From NCBI GenBank assembly GCA_964016885.1, contig OZ024742.1, positions 375,162,001 through 375,226,000 on the forward strand: a stretch of DNA of 64,000 bases. Direction: 5' to 3'. This document shows, one piece after another, positions 1-16,100 of this stretch (the first letter of the stretch is position 1; every line of letters begins with the position of its first letter). Origin of the DNA: Eledone cirrhosa. Lineage: Eukaryota. Position numbers and translations under genes: made by a program. The notes under the pieces are model-generated. The model did no database searches, was not told the DNA's origin, and worked only from the letters and a program-made list of their open reading frames with translations.

Positions 1-439
1 CTAATGTATATATTACTGTATTTCTAGTGTATATATATTACTGTATTTCTAGTGTATATATTACTGTATTTCTAGTGTATATATTACTGTATTTCTAGTG
101 TATATATATTACTGTATTTCTAGTGTATATATATATTACTGTATTCCTAGTGTATATATATTACTGTATTTCTAGTGTATATATTACTGTATTTCTAGTG
201 TATATATATTACTGTATTTCTAGTCTATGTATATTACTGTATTCCTAGTGTATATATATTACTGTATTTCTAGTATATATATATTACTGTATTTCTAGTG
301 TATATATATTACTGTATTTCTAGTGTATATATATTACTGTATTCCTAGTGTATATATATTACTGTATTTCTAGTGTATATATATTACTGTATTTCTAGTG
401 TATCTATATTACTGTATTTCTAGTGTATATATATTACTG

Positions 440-3400
440 TATTCCTAGTGTATATATATATTACTGTATTTCTAGTATATATATTTTACTGTATTTCTAG
501 TGTATATATATTACTGTATTTCTAGTGTATATATATTACTGTATTCCTAGTGTATATATATATTACTGTATTTCTAGTATATATATATTACTGTATTTGT
601 AGTGTATATATATTACTGTATTTCTAGTGTATATATATATATTACTGTATTTCTAGTGTATATATATTACTGTATTTCTAGTGTATATATATTACTGTAT
701 TTCTAGTGTATATATATTACTGTATTTCAAGTGTATATATATTACTGTATTTCTAGTGTATATATTACTGTATTTCTAGTGTATATATTACTGTATTTCT
801 AGTGTATATATTACTGTATTTCTAGTGTATATATATTACTGTATCTCTAGTGTATATATATTACTGTATTTCTAGTGTATATATTACTGTATTCCTAGTG
901 TATATATATTACTGTATTTCTAGTGTATATATTACTGAATTTCTCGTGTATATATATTACTGTATTTCTAGTGTATATATATTACTGTATTCCTAGTGTA
1001 TATACATTACTGTATTCTTAGTGTATATATATATCTGTATTCCTAATGTATATATATTACTGTATTTCTGGTGTATATATTTACCGTATTTCTAGTGTAT
1101 ATATCTTACTGTATTTCTAGTGTATATACATTACTGTATTCTTAGTGTATATATATATCTGTATTCCTAATGTATATATATTACTGTATTTCTGGTGTAT
1201 ATATTTACCGTATTTCTAGTGTATATATCTTACTGTATTTCTCGTGTATATATATTACTGTATTTCTAGTGTATATACATTACTGTATTCTTAGTGTATA
1301 TATATATCTGTATTCCTAATGTATATATATTACTGTATTTCTGGTGTATATATTTACCGTATTTCTAGTGTATATATCTTACTGTATTTCTAGTGTATAT
1401 ATATTACTGTATTCCTAGTGTATATATTTACCGTATTTCTAGTGTATATATATTACTGTATTTCTAGTGTATATATATTACTGTATTCCTAGTGTATATA
1501 TTTACCGTATTTCTAGTGTATATATATTACTGTATTTCTAGTGTATATATATTACTGTATTTCTAGTGTATATATATTACTGTATTTCTAGTGTATATAT
1601 ATTACTGTATTTCTAGTGTATATATATTACTGTATTCCTAGTGTATATATATTACTGTATTCCTAGTGTATATATATTACTGTATTTCTAGTGTATATAT
1701 ATTACTGTATTCCTAATGTATATATTACTGTATTTCTAGTGTATATATATTACTGTATTTCTAGTGTATATATCTTACTGTATTTCTAGTGTATATATAT
1801 TACTGTATTTCTAGTGTATATATTACTGTATTTCTAGTGTATATATATTACTGTATTTCTAGTGTATATATATTACTGTATTTCTAGTGTATATATATTA
1901 CTGTATTTCTCATCTATATATATTACTGTATTTCTAGTGTATATATATTACTGTATTCCTAGTGTGTATATTACTGTATTTCTAGTGTATATATATTACT
2001 GTATTTCTAGTGTATATATTACTGTATTTCTAGTGTATATATATTACTGTATTTCTAGTGTATATATATTACTGTATTCCTAGTGTATATATATTACTGT
2101 ATTTCTAGTGTATATATATTACTGTATTTCTAGTGTATATATATTACTGTATTTCTAGTGTATATATATTACTGTATTCCTAGTGTATATATATTACTGT
2201 GTTTCTAGTGTATATATATTACTGTATTCCTAGTGTATATATATTACTGTATTTCTAGTGTATATATTACTGTATTTCTAGTGTATATATATTACTGTAT
2301 TTCTAGTGTATATATATTACTGTATTCCTAGTGTATATATATTACTGTATTTCTAGTGTATATATATTACTGTATTTCTAGTGTATATATATATTACTGT
2401 ATTTCTAGTGTATATATATATTACTGTATTTCTAGTGTATATATATTACTGTATTTCTAATGTATATATTACTGTATTTCTAGTGTATATATATTACTGT
2501 ATTTCTAGTGTATATATTACTGTATTTCTAGTGTATATATTACTGTATTTCTAGTGTATATATATTACTGTATTTCTAGTGTATATATATTACTGTATTC
2601 CTAGTGTATATATATTACTGTATTTCTAGTGTATATATTACTGTATTTCTAGTGTATATATATTACTGTATTTCTAGTCTATGTATATTACTGTATTCCT
2701 AGTGTATATATATTACTGTATTTCTAGTGTATATATATTACTGTATTTCTAGTGTATATATTACTGTATCTCTAGTGTATATATATTACTGTATTTCTAG
2801 TGTATATATTACTGTATCTCTAGTGTATATATATTACTGTATTCCTAGTGTATCTATATTACTGTATTTCTAATGTATATATATTACTGCATTCCTAGTG
2901 TATATATATATTACTGTATTTCTAGTATATATATTTTACTGTATTTCTAGTGTATATATATTACTGTATTTCTAGTGTATATATATTACTGTATTCCTAG
3001 TGTATATATATATTACTGTATTTCTAGTATATATATATTACTGTATTTCTAGTGTATATATATTACTGTATTTCTAGTGTATATATATATATTACTGTAT
3101 TTCTAGTGTATATATATTACTGTATTTCTAGTGTATATATATTACTGTATTTCTAGTGTATATATATTACTGTATTTCAAGTGTATATATATTACTGTAT
3201 TTCTAGTGTATATATTACTGTATTTCTAGTGTATATATTACTGTATTTCTAGTGTATATATTACTGTATTTCTAGTGTATATATATTACTGTATCTCTAG
3301 TGTATATATATTACTGTATTTCTAGTGTATATATTACTGTATTCCTAGTGTATATATATTACTGTATTTCTAGTGTATATATTACTGTATTTCTCGTGTA

Positions 3401-3930
3401 TATATATTACTGTATTTCTAGTGTATATATATTACTGTATTCCTAGTGTATATACATTACTGTATTCTTAGTGTATATATATATCTGTATTCCTAATGTA
3501 TATATATTACTGTATTTCTGGTGTATATATTTACCGTATTTCTAGTGTATATATCTTACTGTATTTCTAGTGTATATACATTACTGTATTCTTAGTGTAT
3601 ATATATATCTGTATTCCTAATGTATATATATTACTGTATTTCTGGTGTATATATTTACCGTATTTCTAGTGTATATATCTTACTGTATTTCTCGTGTATA
3701 TATATTACTGTATTTCTAGTGTATATACATTACTGTATTCTTAGTGTATATATATATCTGTATTCCTAATGTATATATATTACTGTATTTCTGGTGTATA
3801 TATTTACCGTATTTCTAGTGTATATATCTTACTGTATTTCTAGTGTATATATATTACTGTATTCCTAGTGTATATATTTACCGTATTTCTAGTGTATATA
3901 TATTACTGTATTTCTAGTGTATATATATTA
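440..3930 (+). repeat. Higher-order duplication, offset 2450 bp (about 440-1480 vs about 2890-3930)
   Basis: 'tgtatttcaa' occurs at 721 and 3171 and 'tatacattac' at 1001 and 3451. Both copies carry the same triplicated cassette. Confidence 0.85.
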
Positions 3931-4199
3931 CTGTATTTCTAGTGTATATATATTACTGTATTTCTAGTGTATATATTACTGTATTTCTAGTGTATATATA
4001 TTACTGTATTTCTATCTATATATATTACTGTATTTCTAGTGTATATATATTACTGTATTCCTAGTGTATATATTACTGTATTTCTAGTGTATATATATTA
4101 CTGTATTTCTAGTGTATATATTACTGTATTTCTAGTGTATATATATTACTGTATTTCTAGTGTATATATATTACTGTATTCCTAGTGTATATATATTAC

Positions 4200-7100
4200 T
4201 GTATTTCTAGTGTATATATATTACTGTATTTCTAGTGTATATATATATTACTGTATTTCTAGTGTATATATATATTACTGTATTTCTAGTGTATATATAT
4301 TACTGTATTTCTAATGTATATATTACTGTATTTCTAGTGTATATATATTACTGTATTTCTAGTGTATATATTACTGTATTTCTAGTGTATATATTACTGT
4401 ATTTCTAGTGTATATATATTACTGTATTTCTAGTGTATATATATTACTGTATTTCTAGTGTATATATATTACTGTATTTCTAGTGTATATATATATTACT
4501 GTATTTCTAGTGTATATATATATTACTGTATTTCTAGTGTATATATATATTACTGTATTTCTAGTGTATATATATTACTGTATTCCTAGTGTATATATAT
4601 TACTGTATTTCTAGTGTATATATATTACTGTATTTCTAGTGTATATATATATTACTGTATTTCTAGTGTATATATATATTACTGTATTTCTAGTGTATAT
4701 ATATTACTGTATTTCTAATGTATATATTACTGTATTTCTAGTGTATATATATTACTGTATTTCTAGTGTATATATTACTGTATTTCTAGTGTATATATAT
4801 TACTGTATTCCTAGTGTATATATATTACTGTATTTCTAGTGTATATATTACTGTATTTCTAGTGTATATATATTACTGTATTTCTAGTGTATATATATTA
4901 CTGTATTCCTAGTGTATATATATATATTACTGTATTTCTAGTGTATATATATTACTGTATTTCTAGTGTATATATATTACTGTATTTCTAGTGTATATAT
5001 ATTACTGTATTTCAAGTGTATATATATTACTGTATTTCTAGTGTATATATTACTGTATTTCTAGTGTATATATTACTGTATTTCTAGTGTATATATTACT
5101 GTATTTCTAGTGTATATATATTACTGTATCTCTAGTGTATATATATTACTGTATTTCTAGTGTATATATTACTGTATTCCTAGTGTATATATATTACTGT
5201 ATTTCTAGTGTATATATTACTGTATTTCTCGTGTATATATATTACTGTATTGCTAGTGTATATATATTACTGTATTCCTAGTGTATATATATTACTCTAT
5301 TTCTAGTGTATATATTACTGTATTTCTCGTGTATATATATTACTGTATTTCTAGTGTATATATATTACTGTATTCCTAGTGTATATATATATCTGTATTC
5401 CTAATGTATATATATTACTGTATTTCTGGTGTATATATTTACCGTATTTCTAGTGTATATATCTTACTGTATTTCTAGTGTATATATATTACTGTATTCC
5501 TAGTGTATATATATTACTGTATTCCTAGTGTATATATATTACTGTATTTCTAGTGTATATATATTACTGTATTTCTAGTATATATATATGACTGTATTTC
5601 TAGTGTATATATATTACTGTATTTCTAGTGTATATATATTACTGTATTTCTAGTGTATATATGTTACTGTATTTCTAGTGTATATATTACTGTATTTCTA
5701 GTGTATATATATTACTGTATTTCTAGTGTATATATATTACTGTATTTTAAGTGTATATATATTACTGTATTTCTAGTGTATATATTACTGTATTTCTAGT
5801 GTATATATTACTGTATTTCTAGTGTATATATTACTGTATTTCTAGTGTATATATATTACTGTATCTCTAGTGTATATATATTACTGTACTTCTAGTGTAT
5901 ATATTACTGTATTCCTAGTGTATATATATTACTGTATTTCTAGTGTATATATTACTGTATTTCTCGTGTATATATATTACTGTATTTCTAGTGTATATAT
6001 ATTACTGTATTTCTAGTGTATATATATTACTGTATTCCTAGTGTATATATATTACTGTATTCCTAGTGTATATATATTACTGTATTTCTGGTGTATATAT
6101 ATTACTGTATTCCTAGTGTATATATTACTGTATATCTAATGTATATATTACTGTATTCCTAGTGTATATATATTACTGTATTCCTAGTGTATGTATTACT
6201 GTATTTCTAGTGTATATATATTACTGTATTTCTAGTGTATATATATTACTGTATTTCTAGTGTATATATATTACTGTATTCCTAGTGTATATATATTACT
6301 GTATTCCTAGTGTATATATATATTACTGTATTTCTAGTATATATATATTACTGTATTTCTAGTGTATATATATTACTGTATTTCTAGTGTATATATATTA
6401 CTGTATTCCTAGTGTATATATATATTACTGTATTTCTAGTTTATATATATTACTGTATTTCTAGTGTATATATATTACTGTATTTCTAGTGTATATATAT
6501 ATATTACTGTATTTCTAGTGTATATATATTACTGTATTTCTAGTGTATATATATTACTGTATTTCTAGTGTATATATATTACTGTATTTCAAGTGTATAT
6601 ATATTACTGTATTTCTAGTGTATATATTACTGTATTTCTAGTGTATATATATTACTGTATTTCTCATCTATATATATTACTGTATTTCTAGTGTATATAT
6701 ATTACTGTATTCCTAGTGTATATATTACTGTATTTCTAGTGTATATATATTACTGTATTCCTAGTGTATATATTACTGTATTTCTAGTGTATATATATTA
6801 CTGTATTTCTAGTGTATATATCTTACTGTATTTCTAGTGTATATATATTACTGTATTTCTAGTGTATATATTACTGTATTTCTAGTGTATATATATTACT
6901 GTATTTCTCATCTATATATATTACTGTATTTCTAGTGTATATATATTACTGTATTCCTAGTGTATATATTACTGTATTTCTAGTGTATATATATTACTGC
7001 ATTTCTAGTGTATATATATTACTGTATTTCTAGTGTATATATATTACTGTATTCCTAGTGTATATATATTACTGTATTTCTAGTGTATATATTACTGTAT

Positions 7101-10100
7101 TTCTAGTGTATATATATTACTGTATTTCTAGTGTATATATATTACTGTATTCCTAGTGTATATATATTACTGTATTTCTAGTATATATATATTACTGTAT
7201 TTCTAGTGTATATATATTACTGTATTTCTAGTGTATATATAATACTGTATTCCTAGTGTATATATATTACTGTATTCCTAGTGTATATATTACTGTATTC
7301 CTAGTGTATATATATTACTGTATTTCTAGTGTATATATATTACTGTATTTCTAGTGTATATATATTACTGTATTTCTAGTGTATATATATTACTGTATTT
7401 CTAGTATATATATATTACTGTATTTCTAGTGTATATATATTACTGTATTTCTAGTGTATATATAATACTGTATTCCTAGTGTATATATATTACTGTATTC
7501 CTAGTGTATATATTACTGTATTCCTAGTGTATATATATTACTGTATTTCTAGTGTATATATATTACTGTATTTCTAGTGTATATATATTACTGTATTTCT
7601 AGTGTATATATATTACTGTATTTCAAGTGTATATATATTACTGTATTTCTAGTGTATATATTACTGTATTTCTAGTGTATATACTACTGTATTTCTAGTG
7701 TATATATTACTATATTTCTAGTGTATATATATTACTGTATCTCTAGTGTATATATATTACTGTATTTCTAGTGTATATATTACTGTATTCCTAGTGTATA
7801 TATATTACTGTATTTCAAGTGTATATATTACTGTATTTCTCGTGTATATATATTACTGTATTTCTAGTGTATATATATTACTGTATTCCTAGTGTATATA
7901 TATTACTGTATTTCTAGTGTATATATTACTGTATTTCTTGTGTATATATATTACTGTATTTCTAGTGTATATATATTACTGTATTCCTAGTGTATATATA
8001 TATCTGTATTCCTAATGTATATATATTACTGTATTTCTGGTGTATATATTTACCGTATTTCTAGTGTATATATCTTACTGTATTTCTAGTGTATATATAT
8101 TACTGTATTCCTAGTGTATATATATTACTGTATTTCTAGTGTATATATATTACTGTATTCCTAGTGTATATATATTACTGTATTCCTAGTGTATATATAT
8201 ATCTGTATTCCTAGTGTATATATATTACTGTATTCCTAGTGTATATATATTACTGTATTTCTAGTGTCTATATATTACTGTATTCCTAGTGTATATATTA
8301 CTGTATATCTAGTGTATATATTACTGTATTTCTAGTGTATATATATTAATGTATTTCTAGTGTATATATATTACTGTATTCCTAGTGTGTATATATTACT
8401 GTATTTCTAGTGTACATATATTACTGTATTTCTAGTCTATATATATTACTGTATTTCTAGTGTATATATCTTACTGTATTTCTAGTGTATATATATTACT
8501 GTATTTCTAGTGTATATATATTACTGTATTTCTAGTGTATATATATATTACTGTATTTCTAGTGTATATATATATTACTGTATTTCTAGTGTATATATAT
8601 TACTGTATTTCTAATGTATATATTACTGTATTTCTAGTGTATATATATTACTGTATTTCTAGTGTATATATTACTGTATTTCTAGTGTATATATTACTGT
8701 ATTTCTCGTGTATATATATTACTGTATTTCTAGTGTATATATATTACTGTATTCCTAGTATATATATATATCTGTATTCCTAGTGTATATATATTACTGT
8801 ATTTCTGGTGTATATATATTATTGTATTTCTAGTGTATATATATTACTGTATTCCTAGTGTATATATATATCTGTATTCCTAGTGTATATATATTACTGT
8901 ATTCCTAGTGTATATATATTACTGTATTTCTAGTGTATATATATTACTGTATTCCTAGTGTATGTATATTACTGTATTTCTAGTGTATATATATTACTGT
9001 ATTCCTAGTGTATATATATTACTGTATTTCTAGTGTATATATATTACTGTATTTCTAGTGTATATATTACTGTATTTCTAGTATATAAATATTACTGTAT
9101 TTCTAGTGTATATATATTACTGTATTTCTAGTATATATATTACTGTATTCCTAGTGTATATATTACTGTATTTCTAGTGTATATATATTACTGTATTTCT
9201 AATATATATATTACTGTATTTCTGCTGTATATATATTACTGTGTTTCTAGTGTATATATATTACGGTATTTCTACTGTATATATATTACTGTATTTCTAG
9301 TGTATATATATTACTGTATTTCTAGTGTATATATATTACTGTATTTGTAGTGTATATATATTACTGTATTTCTAGTGTATATATATTACTGTATTTCTAG
9401 TGTATATATTACTGTATTTCTAGTATATATATATTACTGTATTTCTAGTGTATATATATTACTGTATTTCTAGTATATATATTACTGTATTCCTAGTGTA
9501 TATATATTACTGTGTTTCTAGTGTATATATATTACTGTATTCCTAGTGTATATATATTACTGTATTTCTAGTGTATATATATTACTGTATTCCTAGGGTA
9601 TATATATTACTGTATTTCTAGTGTATATATATTACTGTATTTCTAGTGTATATATTACTGTATCTCTGGTGTATATATATTACTGTATTTCTAGTGTATA
9701 TATATTACTGGATTTCTAGTGTATATATATTACTGTATTTCTAGTGTATATATATATTACTGTATTTCTAGTGTATATATATTACTGTATTCCTAGTGTA
9801 TATATATTACTGTATTCCTAGTGTATATATATATCTGTATTCCTAGTGTATATATATTACTGTATTCCTAGTGTATATATATTACTGTATTTCTAGTGTA
9901 TATATATTACTGTATTTCTGGTGTATATATATTACTGTATTCCTAGTGTATATATTACTGTATATCTAATGTATATATTACTGTATTCCTAGTGTATATA
10001 TATTACTGTATTCCTAGTGTATGTATTACTGTATTTCTAGTGTATATATATTACTGTATTTCTAGTGTATATATATTACTGTATTTCTAGTGGATATATA

Positions 10101-13100
10101 TTACTGTGTTCCTAGTGTATATATATTACTGTATTCCTAGTGTATATATATTACTGTATTTCTAGTGTATATATATTACTGTATTCCTAGTGTATATATT
10201 ACTGTATATCTAGTGTATATATTACTGTATTCCTAGTGTATATATATTACTGTATTCCTAGTGTATATATTACTGTATTTCTAGTGTATATATATTACTG
10301 TATTTCTAGTGTATATATATTACTGTATTTCTAGTGTATATATATTACTGTATTCCTAGTGTATATATATTACTGTATTCCTAGTGTATATATATATTAC
10401 TGTATTTCTAGTATATATATATTACTGTATTTCTAGTGTATATATATTACTGTATTTCTAGTGTATATATATTACTGTATTCCTAGTGTATATATATATT
10501 ACTGTATTTCTAGTATATATATATTACTGTATTTCTAGTGTATATATATTACTGTATTTCTAGTGTATATATATATATATTACTGTATTTCTGGTGTATA
10601 TATATTACTGTATTTCTAGTGTATATATATTACTGTATTTCTAGTGTATATATATTACTGTATTTCAAGTGTATATATATTACTGTATTTCTAGTGTATA
10701 TATTACTGTATTTCTAGTGTATATATATTACTGTATTTCTCATCTATATATATTACTGTATTTCTAGTGTATATATATTACTGTATTCCTAGTGTATATA
10801 TTACTGTATTTCTAGTGTATATATATTACTGTATTCCTAGTGTATATATTACTGTATTTCTAGTGTAGAAATATTACTGTATTTCTAGTGTATATATCTT
10901 ACTGTATTTCTAGTGTATATATATTACTGTATTTCTAGTGTATATATTACTGTATTTCTAGTGTATATATATTACTGTATTTCTCATCTATATATATTAC
11001 TGTATTTCTAGTGTATATATATTACTGTATTCCTAGTGTATATATTACTGTATTTCTAGTGTATATATATTACTGTATTTCTAGTGTATATATTACTGTA
11101 TTTCTAGCGTATATATATAACTGTATTTCTAGTGTATATATATATTACTGTATTTCTAGTGTATATATATTACTGTATTTCTAATGTATATATTACTGTA
11201 TTTCTAGTGTATATATATTACTGTATTTCTAGTGTATATATTACTGTATTTCTAGTGTATATATTACTGTATTTCTAGTGTATATATATTACTGTATTTC
11301 TAGTGTATATATATTACTGTATTTCTAGTGTATATATATTACTGTATTTCTAGTGTATATATATATTACTGTATTTCTAGTGTATATATATATTACTGTA
11401 TTTCTAGTGTATATATATATTACTGTATTTCTAGTGTATATATATTACTGTATTCCTAGTGTATATATATTACTGTATTTCTAGTGTATATATATTACTG
11501 TATTTCTAGTGTATATATATATTACTGTATTTCTAGTGTATATATATATTACTGTATTCTAGTGTATATATATTACTGTATTTCTAATGTATATATTACT
11601 GTATTTCTAGTGTATATATATTACTGTATTTCTAGTGTATATATTACTGTATTTCTAGTGTATATATATTACTGTATTCTAGTGTATATATATTACTGTA
11701 TTTCTAGTGTATATATTACTGTATTTCTAGTGTATATATTACTGTATTTCTAGTGTATATATATTACTGTATTCCTAGTGTATATATATATATTACTGTA
11801 TTTCTAGTGTATATATATTACTGTATTTCTAGTGTATATATATTACTGTATTTCTAGTGTATATATATTACTGTATTTCAAGTGTATATATATTACTGTA
11901 TTTCTAGTGTATATATTACTGTATTTCTAGTGTATATATTACTGTATTTCTAGTGTATATATTACTGTATTTCTAGTGTATATATATTACTGTATCTCTA
12001 GTGTATATATATTACTGTATTTCTAGTGTATATATTACTGTATTCCTAGTGTATATATATTACTGTATTTCTAGTGTATATATTACTGTATTTCACGTGT
12101 ATATATATTACTGTATTGCTAGTGTATATATATTACTGTATTCCTAGTGTATATATATTACTCTATTTCTAGTGTATATATTACTGTATTTCTCGTGTAT
12201 ATATATTACTGTATTTCTAGTGTATATATATTACTGTATTCCTAGTGTATATATATATCTGTATTCCTAATGTATATATATTACTGTATTTCTGGTGTAT
12301 ATATTTACCGTATTTCTAGTGTATATATCTTACTGTATTTCTAGTGTATATATATTACTGTATTCCTAGTGTATATATATTACTGTATTCCTAGTGTATA
12401 TATATTACTGTATTTCTAGTGTATATATATTACTGTATTTCTAGTATATATATATGACTGTATTTCTAGTGTATATATATTACTGTATTTCTAGTGTATA
12501 TATATTACTGTATTTCTAGTGTATATATGTTACTGTATTTCTAGTGTATATATTACTGTATTTCTAGTGTATATATATTACTGTATTTCTAGTGTATATA
12601 TATTACTGTATTTTAAGTGTATATATATTACTGTATTTCTAGTGTATATATTACTGTATTTCTAGTGTATATATTACTGTATTTCTAGTGTATATATTAC
12701 TGTATTTCTAGTGTATATATATTACTGTATCTCTAGTGTATATATATTACTGTACTTCTAGTGTATATATTACTGTATTCCTAGTGTATATATATTACTG
12801 TATTTCTAGTGTATATATTACTGTATTTCTCGTGTATATATATTACTGTATTTCTAGTGTATATATATTACTGTATTTCTAGTGTATATATATTACTGTA
12901 TTCCTAGTGTATATATATTACTGTATTCCTAGTGTATATATATTACTGTATTTCTGGTGTATATATATTACTGTATTCCTAGTGTATATATTACTGTATA
13001 TCTAATGTATATATTACTGTATTCCTAGTGTATATATATTACTGTATTCCTAGTGTATGTATTACTGTATTTCTAGTGTATATATATTACTGTATTTCTA

Positions 13101-16100
13101 GTGTATATATATTACTGTATTTCTAGTGTATATATATTACTGTATTCCTAGTGTATATATATTACTGTATTCCTAGTGTATATATATATTACTGTATTTC
13201 TAGTATATATATATTACTGTATTTCTAGTGTATATATATTACTGTATTTCTAGTGTATATATATTACTGTATTCCTAGTGTATATATATATTACTGTATT
13301 TCTAGTATATATATATTACTGTATTTCTAGTGTATATATATTACTGTATTTCTAGTGTATATATTATATTACTGTATTTCTAGTGTATATATATTACTGT
13401 ATTTCTAGTGTATATATATTACTGTATTTCTAGTGTATATATATTACTGTATTTCAAGTGTATATATATTACTGTATTTCTAGTGTATATATTACTGTAT
13501 TTCTAGTGTATATATATTACTGTATTTCTCATCTATATATATTACTGTATTTCTAGTGTATATATATTACTGTATTCCTAGTGTATATATTACTGTATTT
13601 CTAGTGTATATATATTACTGTATTCCTAGTGTATATATTACTGTATTTCTAGTGTATATATATTACTGTATTTCTAGTGTATATATCTTACTGTATTTCT
13701 AGTGTATATATATTACTGTATTTCTAGTGTATATATTACTGTATTTCTAGTGTATATATATTACTGTATTTCTCATCTATATATATTACTGTATTTCTAG
13801 TGTATATATATTACTGTATTCCTAGTGTATATATTACTGTATTTCTAGTGTATATATATTACTGTATTTCTAGTGTATATATTACTGTATTTCTAGCGTA
13901 TATATATTACTGTATTTCTAGTGTATATATATATTACTGTATTTCTAGTGTATATATATATTACTGTATTTGTAGTGTATATATATTACTGTATTTCTAA
14001 TGTATATATTACTGTATTTCTAGTGTATATATTACTGCATTTCTAGTGTATATATATTACTGTATTTCTAGTGTATATATATTACTGTATTTCTAGTGTA
14101 TATATATTACTGTATTTCTAGTGTATATATATTACTGTATTTCTAGTGTATATATATTACTGTATTTCTAGTGTATATATTACTGTATTTCTAGTGTATA
14201 TATATTACTGTATTTCTAGTGTATATATTACTGTATTTCTAGTGTATATATATTACTGCATTTCTAGTGTATATATATTACTGTATTTCTAGTGTATATA
14301 TATTACTGTATTCCTAGTGTATATATATTACTGTATTTCTAGTGTATATATTACTGTATTTCTAGTGTATATATATTACTGTATTTCTAGTGTATATATA
14401 TTACTGTATTCCTAGTGTATATATATTACTGTATTTCTAGTATATATATATTACTGTATTTCTAGTGTATATATATTACTGTATTTCTAGTGTATATATA
14501 ATACTGTATTCCTAGTGTATATATATTACTGTATTCCTAGTGTATATATTACTGTATTCCTAGTGTATATATATTACTGTATTTCTAGTGTATATATATT
14601 ACTGTATTTCTAGTGTATATATATTACTGTATTTCTAGTGTATATATATTACTGTATTTCTAGTATATATATATTACTGTATTTCTAGTGTATATATATT
14701 ACTGTATTTCTAGTGTATATATAATACTGTATTCCTAGTGTATATATATTACTGTATTCCTAGTGTATATATTACTGTATTCCTAGTGTATATATATTAC
14801 TGTATTTCTAGTGTATATATATTACTGTATTTCTAGTGTATATATATTACTGTATTTCTAGTGTATATATATTACTGTATTTCAAGTGTATATATATTAC
14901 TGTATTTCTAGTGTATATATTACTGTATTTCTAGTGTATATACTACTGTATTTCTAGTGTATATATTACTATATTTCTAGTGTATATATATTACTGTATC
15001 TCTAGTGTATATATATTACTGTATTTCTAGTGTATATATTACTGTATTCCTAGTGTATATATATTACTGTATTTCAAGTGTATATATTACTGTATTTCTC
15101 GTGTATATATATTACTGTATTTCTAGTGTATATATATTACTGTATTCCTAGTGTATATATATTACTGTATTTCTAGTGTATATATTACTGTATTTCTTGT
15201 GTATATATATTACTGTATTTCTAGTGTATATATATTACTGTATTCCTAGTGTATATATATATCTGTATTCCTAATGTATATATATTACTGTATTTCTGGT
15301 GTATATATTTACCGTATTTCTAGTGTATATATCTTACTGTATTTCTAGTGTATATATATTACTGTATTTCTAGTGTATATATATTACTGTATTCCTAGTG
15401 TATATATATTACTGTATTTCTAGTGTATATATATTACTGTATTTCTAGTGTATATATATTACTGTATTTCTAGTGTATATATTACTGTATTCCTAGTGTA
15501 TATATTACTGTATTTCTAGTGTATATATTACTGTATTTCTCGTGTATATATATTACTGTATTTCTAGTGTATATATATTACTGTATTCCTAGTATATATA
15601 TATATCTGTATTCCTAGTTTATATATATTACTGTATTTCTGGTGTATATATATTACTGTATTTCTAGTGTATATATTTACTGTATTTCTAGTGTATATAT
15701 CTTACTGTATTTCTAGTGTATATATATTACTGTATTCCTAGTGTATATATATTACTGTATTTTAAGTGTATATATATTACTGTATTTCTAGTGTATATAT
15801 TACTGTATTTCTAGTGTATATATTACTGTATTTCTAGTGTATATATATTACTGTATCTCTAGTGTATATATATTACTGTATTTCTAGTGTATATATTACT
15901 GTATACCTAGTGTATATATATTACTGTATTTCTAGTGTATATATTACTGTATTTCTCGTGTATATATATTACTGTATTTCTAGTGTATATATATTACTGT
16001 ATTCCTAGTATATATATATATCTGTATTCCTAGTGTATATATATTACTGTATTTCTGGTGTATATATATTATTGTATTTCTAGTGTATATATATTACTGT

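Noticed and set aside
10565-10582. Long (TA)n cruciform or fragile site
   Set aside because: The longest tracts are only about (TA)7 (also near 23660, 29385, 33551 and 35899), well below the lengths associated with stable cruciforms.
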